DNA of 59,951 nucleotides, filler included, from Fonticula-like sp. SCN 57-25 (taxonomy: Eukaryota), in assembly GCA_001724245.1 (NCBI GenBank). It is 10 parts of 10 records of this genome, joined end to end, with 100 filler letters (N's around TTAATTAATTAA, not from the genome) between each part and the next. Parts side by side here need not be neighbours in the genome. Positions count along the whole stretch, not along the records: positions 48,601 to 54,251 come from MEDX01000715.1; positions 54,352 to 59,951 come from MEDX01000716.1; 8 more parts are not named here. The stretch is one strand, 5' to 3'. Positions 49,733-59,951 of this stretch are shown piece after piece; the stretch's first letter is position 1; every line of letters starts with the position of its first letter. The position numbers and the translations under genes are program-made. The notes under the pieces were generated by a model. The model was not told where the DNA came from. It searched no databases and saw only the letters and a list, made by a program, of their open reading frames with translations.

Positions 49733-50960
49733 ATGATGGCGACGGGCTTGCGGACTTTTTTTTTGGTAGCGGGAATTTTCCTGCTGGCAAACTCGGCCGC
49801 ATCCCGTTACGTCTCCAAGGATGATGCCGTCAAGGTAGCAACGTTTGGGCGCCAAAAGTTTGGCCTTGCCAGCATTATCCACCGCGGTAGCGACGAGTTC
49901 CCGGACACGTTCCGCTATATGGACGTTGAAGAAATGCGCGCGCAAGGCCGCGCTGATTGGGCCGACGACTTTGAGGCAACCCTTCAGATGTCCCACCGTA
50001 CTGACAAGATTTCCGCGCTCGGCGTGCCGACCATCTTGCCCGATCCCACGGACAAGGACACCGTCTTTGAGCTCGCCAAGATGTCGAGCAACTCTTACTA
50101 CAACTATAACGAGACCGACGACTGGATTGCGATCCCCGGCTACGCTCACGTACGCTCACTTTCTGACTTTCTTTCTCTTGTTTACTCATCGATTTAATTT
50201 GCAGGAGATTGAGTTTGGCTGGGAGTCGGACGGTCTTCAGGGCTACGTTTACCTGAGCGACGACGAGTCGATTGCCGTCATGTCGATCAAGGGCACTAGC
50301 CTTCTCTTCCTTGGCCAGGGCGGCCCGACCGCCGAAAAGGACAAGCTCATGGACAACCTCATGTTCTCTTGCTGCTGCGCGCAGGTCGACAGCCGCTGGG
50401 ACTCTGTGTGCGACTGCTTCATGGGCGACAACACGTGCAGCAACACGTGCCTTCGCGAGACGATGACCAACGGCTCGCTGAGCTACTACACGCTGGCCAA
50501 CGAGCTCCTCGAGCAGGCGCAGCGCATGTACCCGAACTCGTCGTTCTGGATGACGGGCCACAGCCTCGGCGGCTCTGTCGCGAGCCTGGTGGCGATCAAG
50601 AACGACCTCGCTGCGTTTGTGTTTGAGGCACCCGGCGAGCTGCTCTACGCGCAGCGCATCGGCCTCAACATTGACACGGAGAACCTCGGCAAGTACAACG
50701 TGTTCCACTATGGCAACCTGGGCGACCCGATCTACCTCGGCACCTGCCAGGGCCGCGCGTCCACCTGCTACATCTCGGGATACGCGCTGGAGACGCGCTG
50801 CCATGTGGGCAACACGTGCGTGTACGACGGCGGCTACATTGAGAACGTCAACAACCACCGCATCTCGGTCGTCATGGACCGCTTCATCGAGCCCAACCCT
50901 GTGCCCGTTTGCGGCCCCGAGGTGGGATGCACAGAGTGCACAAGCTGGAATTTTGTCTAA
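49733..50960 (+). CDS. ATG15: Autophagy lipase Atg15 (intron about 50149-50203)
   Basis: LAKMSSNSY, FGWESDGLQGYVY, IKGTS, DKLMDNLMFSCCCA, TGHSLGG, FEAPGE, ETRCHVG and a Cys-rich C-terminus. Confidence 0.9.
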
Positions 50961-51620
50961 GAGCTAGCTTATAGTTTTGAGATCGTGTATGCTTAGGGTT
51001 TTTACATTCACCGTGCTTTGTTCACCGTTTATGTGCCGAGTGGTGTTTATTAAATACAGTACTGCATTTTTCATATCAGTTTTCACTTTTTAGCAGGCTT
51101 AATTTGATCACCGTGTCCAATGTGCGTTCGTTAACCAAGTAACCCGGACACTTGATTGCGCAATCAATGGCTCTGCCGCGCCTTTGCGGGGTCCTTTCCC
51201 GGTGTACAATCAAATGAGTGCAACAAAATACAACAGGCACCCCAGCGTCACGTTCGGAGCATAAAATTTAGTCTTTATTCCGTCCATATTCGGCCTATTT
51301 CGCTTACGTGTGCGGCCTGTCCTGACTGCATGACGTCTCATCATCGTCTCATCCGCACCAGATTTCACCCCAGATTTTCAACATTGACATGTGACACTAC
51401 TGTCCACATTAGTGTCGCAATGTTGAAGGAAACGTCATCATAGGATGACGCACATTTTTTCCCTTTCCTTTGTGTTCCTCTGCCTTCTCGACCCCTTTGG
51501 AAGAAAGTGCGTGTTGCAGACAGCATTTAACTTTGTCTGCTTCGGGGTGTCTGACCGCGCTGTACTCTTGTTTGTTAGGCATTTGCGTGCTTTTTTTCTA
51601 GCGGGTACTTTCTAGGTAGC

Positions 51621-54194
<2,574 letters not shown>

Positions 54195-54354
54195 ACACTA
54201 TCTATCCTGTGCCAAATGCGTGCGGCCCTCGTTGGCCCTACTTTGTTGTTTNNNNNNNNNNNNNNNNNNNNNNNNNNNNNNNNNNNNNNNNNNNNTTAAT
54301 TAATTAANNNNNNNNNNNNNNNNNNNNNNNNNNNNNNNNNNNNNNNNNNNNCTA

Positions 54355-55500
54355 GTGGTCGATGGAGCACAAGTCTCGTTCAAACACGATGAATTGGAGC
54401 AACAAACACCCCTCTATGCGGATAGTGACGATAATGAATCTTATGGCAATGACTCCCCATTTGATGCAGAACCTAGTCAGCCAATGACTGATCTCCAATT
54501 GCTCACCCAAGAGAGCAAAATGAAGGAGTTGGAAATTGAAAACATTCAATTGAAGGAGAACATTTGTCAATTGGAACTCACCAAACAATCAATAGAATTT
54601 CAAGTAACAAGAGAACAAGAACAAATCGAAATTCAACGAAACTTGCTCATGGAACAACGTCAAGCATGTTCCATCGAGGAAGAAAAATTGGCTCACTTTG
54701 CACAAACATTGGAAATGCAATCTACGGGATTGCAATTGGACAGAAATCAATTTGTTGCACAGGTTGCGCAATTTACAAGCCAACAGGAGCAATTCTTACT
54801 ACAATGCAAACAAATAGAACAATCTGAGGCTAATCTCCTACAAAAGGAGAGGAAAATGGAGGAGGAGTTACACTATTTACAATCCTTGAAATCTCAATTA
54901 GAGCAAGAGCAATCCGAACTCAAACTGCAGCAAACACAACTTTTGCAACAAAAAGAACAACTTTCATATCAATTACTGCACAATGATGAGGCACAAATTG
55001 CTTTCCAGAGACAACAAACACAGTGGGAGCAGCAGCAAGCGTTAGAACAGGAGCAATTACGTATTGGATGGGAAACACTGAAATCGCAGCAATTAGAACA
55101 CCGTTCGTATGAGGAGAAATTTCAAAAACAAGAGGTTGAACGTTTACAATTGGAGAGAAAGGAGTTTGAAGAGCAATGCAAGAAGCAGGAACAATGGGTT
55201 GCTGAACAACAATCACATTGGACAGTGGAGAAGCAAATGGTGCACGATGAACAAGAGCAATTAGGGCAAAGGAAACATCAACTACAGAATCAGATTGACT
55301 CGTTACAAAGAGAGAATCGAGCTTGTCGTCTCAAGTTTCAACAAGTGGCAATTCGTATGGCCACAAGCAGCACTTACAAGGCAGATATTGCAAAACAGCT
55401 TCGAATGCTGGCTGATTCGCTTGATCTTCAAATGGTAGACGATTTGAAAACCATAACACCCACTTCAACTTCTCTCACTTCCCTCAGTTTTGACATGTAA
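54355..55500 (+). CDS. Q/E-rich coiled-coil protein of unknown function, probably 5'-truncated
   Basis: 381-codon open frame with heptad-like composition and no recognised domain. Confidence 0.6.
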   Translation: MVDGAQVSFKHDELEQQTPLYADSDDNESYGNDSPFDAEPSQPMTDLQLLTQESKMKELEIENIQLKENICQLELTKQSIEFQVTREQEQIEIQRNLLMEQRQACSIEEEKLAHFAQTLEMQSTGLQLDRNQFVAQVAQFTSQQEQFLLQCKQIEQSEANLLQKERKMEEELHYLQSLKSQLEQEQSELKLQQTQLLQQKEQLSYQLLHNDEAQIAFQRQQTQWEQQQALEQEQLRIGWETLKSQQLEHRSYEEKFQKQEVERLQLERKEFEEQCKKQEQWVAEQQSHWTVEKQMVHDEQEQLGQRKHQLQNQIDSLQRENRACRLKFQQVAIRMATSSTYKADIAKQLRMLADSLDLQMVDDLKTITPTSTSLTSLSFDM

Positions 55501-55767
55501 CATTAAAAAGACCTCCCTTGTAAAACATTAACTTGTAAGATTAAAAAAACACCTCCCTTCCCTTGTAAACAAACAACAAATTCGTATTTTGTTTCAGTTC
55601 CAGTTACACAAATTGGCACTATTTCTCGTTGCTTGAAAAAAAACCTAAAAATTGTAACATTAGCCCACAGGATCAATGTGTTACTTCAACTGAGTTCACA
55701 ATAATATTCATGCAACCATAGACCACAAGGAAAGTCTTGTCAAGTCAACTGACTGCGCAACACACAC

Positions 55768-57516
55768 ATGGCGGCAAAAGATGAAGAACTGCAGCCCACA
55801 CATTTCGTGACAAACTCCACGGCACCCCTATTCAGTGGCAGCAGTAGCAGCAGTTTAGCGCCACTGTGCGATTTACCACGTTACACGCTGCTCATTGCGA
55901 GCACTGCAGCATCGCAGATCACTGAAGCGTGCGAAATGCTGTGCGTCTCTCAATTCTTCGAGCGCGCTACGAAGGGCTACGTGCTGCTCTCAGATGTTGC
56001 GCCACTGGCGTTCACCCGCTACGTGCGTGTGCGCGAGTGTGCGCTGTTTGAGAGCGCAGAGCACGCGCTGGTCCAACGGTCTGCGCTTGTTGGGAACTAC
56101 GTGCATGCGCAGTTGCAGAGGGATGAACAGGTTGCAACCATCGAATCGCTGAAGAGCGGAGAGATTTTGCATGTAGTGTCTACTCGTGGTATGAGAGGCT
56201 ATTTGAATGCGTATCTGACTGGAAAGAACTCGCATAGAGAGAAACTACAATTTCAACAGCCACTACAATTGGAACATCAGAAATCAGTGAAACAAGTGTC
56301 AATGAAACAAAATTCAATGAAACAAATGTCGTTGAAACATGATCCAATGAAACAAGGATCAGTGAAACAAAAACCAATGAAACAAGAATCAGTGCAGCCA
56401 GAATTTCTGCACGAACAACAAAAAGTGCAACTGGAGCATGGAAAACAGAGGGTGGAACTTGGTAAAGTTCAAATTTTGGAACTGGGACAACAAGAATTGC
56501 AAAAGGATCAAACTTTGGAACAACAGGAACTGAAACTGGAGCAGGTGCACAAATTTCAACAGGAACAAGAACAATTGGAAGATCAAGTACTGGGACAGGA
56601 GCTGGAGCAACAAGGGTTACAGCTGCGACAGGAACGCCCGTGCAGTGGGCACAGTTCTAGAGCTAAAAAGCAAAGGACTGCAAACCAACAAGCTGAGATT
56701 ACGCACTCTAAGCTACTCCAGTTTGATGCACAGTCCAACACCTACCAATTCCAGTTTTCATCGATTGGTATTGTACACAGTTGTTTCAAGGATAAGAATG
56801 GGACTCCTAGACAAGGGAATCTGGTTCCCCATTCGAGGGCACGGCTCGAACTCACCATACCCCATGCGGAACATGCACTCGAGGGACTCGAGCAATTCAC
56901 CCATGTCTGGATTCTCTTCGTATTTCACAAGAACAGTGCAGTGCGCAATGGAGATCAGCCTCCAAAGGTTAGACCTCCGAGACTCGGAGGCGAAAAAGTC
57001 GGTCTATTTGCGACTCGCACCCCCCACAGACCAAATCCAATTGGTCTCACTGTCGCAAGGATAGAATCGATTGTCAAGAATGTAGTGCATTTATCTGCGG
57101 TCGATCTCGTGGATGGTACACCCATTCTCGACATTAAACCGTACTGTCCATTCTACGACTGCTTAACTACCCCTCCAGCTATGGCTGTACCACAACAGCA
57201 ACATAACTCAGTATTGACACCAAAGTGGATAGAAGAGGCACCAAAGCCCCGTATCCCCCTGGAGCATATTGAGTTTGATCTGGAGGCTGAACAGTGTCTG
57301 AGATCGTTAGTACCTACATTACACTTCTTCCATTCCTATGAAGATGTGAAGCAGGCTATTGTAGAAGTAATCCAAACTGACCCGAGGCCAACCTACGTGA
57401 AAAAGACCAAGAAAGAGCGATTGTACGGTTTTCGATTGGACAACATCAATGTTAGGTGTCAGTTTGACCAGGACGACAAAGTGAAAGTGGTAGTTGTTGA
57501 AAAATGGGAAGAGTAG
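55768..57516 (+). CDS. TRMO: tRNA m6t6A37 methyltransferase TrmO (TsaA/YaeB family) with N-terminal extension
   Basis: IGIVHSCFKDKNGTPRQG, LEGLEQFTHVWILFVFH, KVRPPRLGG..VGLFATRTPHRPNPIGLT, DLVDGTPILDIKPY, DPRP. Confidence 0.92.
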   Translation: MAAKDEELQPTHFVTNSTAPLFSGSSSSSLAPLCDLPRYTLLIASTAASQITEACEMLCVSQFFERATKGYVLLSDVAPLAFTRYVRVRECALFESAEHALVQRSALVGNYVHAQLQRDEQVATIESLKSGEILHVVSTRGMRGYLNAYLTGKNSHREKLQFQQPLQLEHQKSVKQVSMKQNSMKQMSLKHDPMKQGSVKQKPMKQESVQPEFLHEQQKVQLEHGKQRVELGKVQILELGQQELQKDQTLEQQELKLEQVHKFQQEQEQLEDQVLGQELEQQGLQLRQERPCSGHSSRAKKQRTANQQAEITHSKLLQFDAQSNTYQFQFSSIGIVHSCFKDKNGTPRQGNLVPHSRARLELTIPHAEHALEGLEQFTHVWILFVFHKNSAVRNGDQPPKVRPPRLGGEKVGLFATRTPHRPNPIGLTVARIESIVKNVVHLSAVDLVDGTPILDIKPYCPFYDCLTTPPAMAVPQQQHNSVLTPKWIEEAPKPRIPLEHIEFDLEAEQCLRSLVPTLHFFHSYEDVKQAIVEVIQTDPRPTYVKKTKKERLYGFRLDNINVRCQFDQDDKVKVVVVEKWEE

Positions 57517-57584
57517 TTGAACAATTTTCTTTAATTGTAGCTGGTTCCCACAATGACAACTAGCACCACCACCACCACATCTTG

Positions 57585-59087
57585 TTAAAGCTTTGACTTG
57601 TGAGCAATTGGGGCAGAGGATGCTTGCTCATATTTTGCACGAAACTCTTCAATATCTTTTCTTGATGGAATGAGTTTGAATGGATTCATAACGTTACGCG
57701 GGTCCAGTGCTTCCTTAATGGTGCGCATTACCTGCACAGCATCGCTACCCAGCTCATGCAACATGAAGTGCATCTTTCCGAGTCCAATACCATGCTCTCC
57801 AGTGCATGTTCCCTGTGCCTTCAGGGCACGAAAGATGAGCTTATCGTAAACTCGTTCGACTGCATCCCTCTCCTCTGGCTTGTTCGGGTCCAGACAGACT
57901 ATTAAATGGAAATTGCCATCTCCCACATGACCCACCAGTGTGTACAGGAGACCAGTCTCATTGAACTCCTTCTTCGTTTCAACAATTACCGATGCAAGAT
58001 TGCTAATGGGCACGCATGTATCTGTGGTGAGAGCTTTGCAGTCTGGACGAAGTGCCAGTGTACTATAGTAGGCCTTGTGACGGGCACGCCACAACTTTTC
58101 ACGCTCACGTTCATCGATCTGCATGTTGAACTCGATACCAGCATTACCCTTGATGCACACATCCTTCACTATCTGTGCCTGTGCAGAAATGTCATTTGCA
58201 CTGGTTCCTTGAAACTCGAAGAAGAGCGTCGGTGACTCTCGATATTCTAGTCCGTTATTCTCGTTAACCGCCTTGATTGCCATCTCATCGAGTAGCTCCA
58301 CTCGAGCAATGGGAACTCCCCTCTGGATAATCTGAATCACCGAATTGGCAGCATCCTTTATGCTGGTAAACGGACAAATTGCACCACCGACGACACTCGG
58401 GATCGCATAAATCTTGAGGGTCACTTGCACAATGGTGCCCAATGTGCCCTCTGAGCCCACAAACAGCCTCGTGAGATCGTAGCCGGCGGCCGATTTCTTC
58501 GCACGTCTCGCCGTGGTGATTACGGTGCCATCCGGGAGCACCACCTGGAGACGAAGCACATTCTCGCGCATCGACTGGTACTTGATGGTCGTCGTGCCGC
58601 TCGCACGGGTCGCAACCATCCCACCGAGCGTGCAATTGGCGCCTGGATCCACTGGGAAGAAGAACCCGTGTTTCCGGAGGAACACATTGAGCTGCTCCCG
58701 GGTCACACCGGCCTCCACGGTGATGTCCATGTCCTGCGCATTGAACTCGACGATGCCCTCCATGCGTCCCATGTCGATCACGCAGCCCCCGGCAATTGCG
58801 CACACGTGGCCCTCGAGCGACGTGGCGCGACCGTAGGGCACCATGGGGAACGAATGGCGATGGCACACGGCGTGGATCAGGGAGACGTCCGCAGTGGTCC
58901 GCGGGAAGCACACGATATCGGGCAGGTACTGCTCGTGGTAGGAGACGAGGCGTGCATGTGCGCTCAGGTGCTGCTCATCGCGGGTAACCTTGTCGCCACT
59001 GTCCGTTAGGGTCTGGATGAGCTCCCGGTACACTTGTGCGGTGAGGACAGGGTCTTGCTTGCTCTTGTGCTGTTGCTGCTGCTGCAT
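57585..59087 (-). CDS. FAD-linked D-lactate dehydrogenase (DLD1/LDHD/GlcD family) ending in SKL
   Basis: PYGRATSLEGH, FFPVDPGANCTLGGM, KKSAAGYDLTRLFVGSEGTLG, GHVGDGNFH, GTCTGEHGIG, KEALDPRNVMNP. Confidence 0.92.
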   Translation of the reverse strand: MQQQQQHKSKQDPVLTAQVYRELIQTLTDSGDKVTRDEQHLSAHARLVSYHEQYLPDIVCFPRTTADVSLIHAVCHRHSFPMVPYGRATSLEGHVCAIAGGCVIDMGRMEGIVEFNAQDMDITVEAGVTREQLNVFLRKHGFFFPVDPGANCTLGGMVATRASGTTTIKYQSMRENVLRLQVVLPDGTVITTARRAKKSAAGYDLTRLFVGSEGTLGTIVQVTLKIYAIPSVVGGAICPFTSIKDAANSVIQIIQRGVPIARVELLDEMAIKAVNENNGLEYRESPTLFFEFQGTSANDISAQAQIVKDVCIKGNAGIEFNMQIDEREREKLWRARHKAYYSTLALRPDCKALTTDTCVPISNLASVIVETKKEFNETGLLYTLVGHVGDGNFHLIVCLDPNKPEERDAVERVYDKLIFRALKAQGTCTGEHGIGLGKMHFMLHELGSDAVQVMRTIKEALDPRNVMNPFKLIPSRKDIEEFRAKYEQASSAPIAHKSKL

Positions 59088-59951
59088 GTTATGCTTGGTT
59101 GGGGTTGTGGAGTTGGTGGTCAACCTAAGGGGAATTTGCAGTTTGCAGTTTGTTCCGATGGTCCGAGGGTCCGAGTTTTTTCTTTCATTCGATAATGTGA
59201 TCTGCTAAATGACTTTGTCTGGATTGTTTTATTTGTCGGAGAGTGTTGATTGGAAATCAGAAAAAATAAATCAGTTGGTCAAGTTGTTCAACTACTGCGT
59301 CACTCATGGGGGTAATTGCTTGCTGAAGAACAAATGTGTGTTGAAGGAAAGCGATGTTTCTGTTGAATATTTCAATGATTTGAATCCATAACATCATCTT
59401 CAGCTCGGATTGATTTCATTTACGATTTGCAACATTGAAAGTATTCCATTAAACAGCATGCATTTCTTGAATTCATTCCTGCCAAACAGTACCAGTTGAA
59501 CCCATTCTAACAAACTACATAATTTGGCGCTCACATAATTTTAAATGCGACAAGTGTTCCATCGTTCTTGTAAATTTGCCACTCAACCTGTGAAACGAAC
59601 AACAAGACGACACGAAAAGAGGTGATGATGAGGGGAAGATAAAATTTTCAGCAGAACGAAGACGTACGATGGGGAAGAAGCATAGAACACCATTTGGAAG
59701 CCATTTGTTCACCAATGCATAATCATCTCAAGATCTTAAATTTTTTTTCATGAAACGAGTGTCCCTTTCCTCACAGAACGCTTGGCAACACACCACAAAC
59801 ACACACGCGACATGGCACGCAAAATTCGTTCGACGATAATTCTGCTCTTCCTGTAAGTGAAACCAGTAATAAACGTTCCCAAACATTCTTTTACATTGTT
59901 TCCGTCTGTAGACTTCTTGCAACGACATGTTCCTTGCAGCAACAAGTGATT

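Noticed and set aside
59400-59951. Possible small exons on the minus strand (DDYALVNKWLPNG / VEWQIYKNDG)
   Set aside because: Splice signals are plausible, but no recognisable product could be assembled at the window edge.

Overview
This is not one locus. It is ten short eukaryotic contigs (about 5.6-6.2 kb, in decreasing size) joined by artificial 100-nt spacers (N44-TTAATTAATTAA-N44). Most genes have GT-AG introns, so the ORF track is fragmentary and gene models were rebuilt by hand. C1: ING PHD gene end, CCT6, a fatty-acid elongase, a stand-alone SOQ1/NHLRC2-C-terminal-like protein and the DTWD2 end. C2: degenerate kinesin, EF-hand protein, LCAT/PLA2G15-like lipase. C3: formin, AMACR. C4: a complete Ty3/Gypsy element assembled as a one-LTR circle, with a clear -1 frameshift signal. 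C5: TOR, Ecl1, a secreted Cys-repeat/VWD-like protein. C6: three tandem paralogues of an unrecognised secreted family with a 10-Cys core and variable cationic tails. C7: MAP3K-like kinase, hybrid histidine kinase. C8: SNRNP35, SAM methyltransferase, FAD oxidoreductase. C9: tandem-PH protein, ATG15, CDC48. C10: coiled-coil protein, TRMO, D-lactate dehydrogenase ending in SKL. Several contigs look fungal (probably early-diverging), but composition suggests more than one organism. The best novelty candidates are the C6 family, a C-to-G skew gradient across exons in C1/C3/C7, and the stand-alone redox-like domain. All assignments are by motif recognition; no searches were run.
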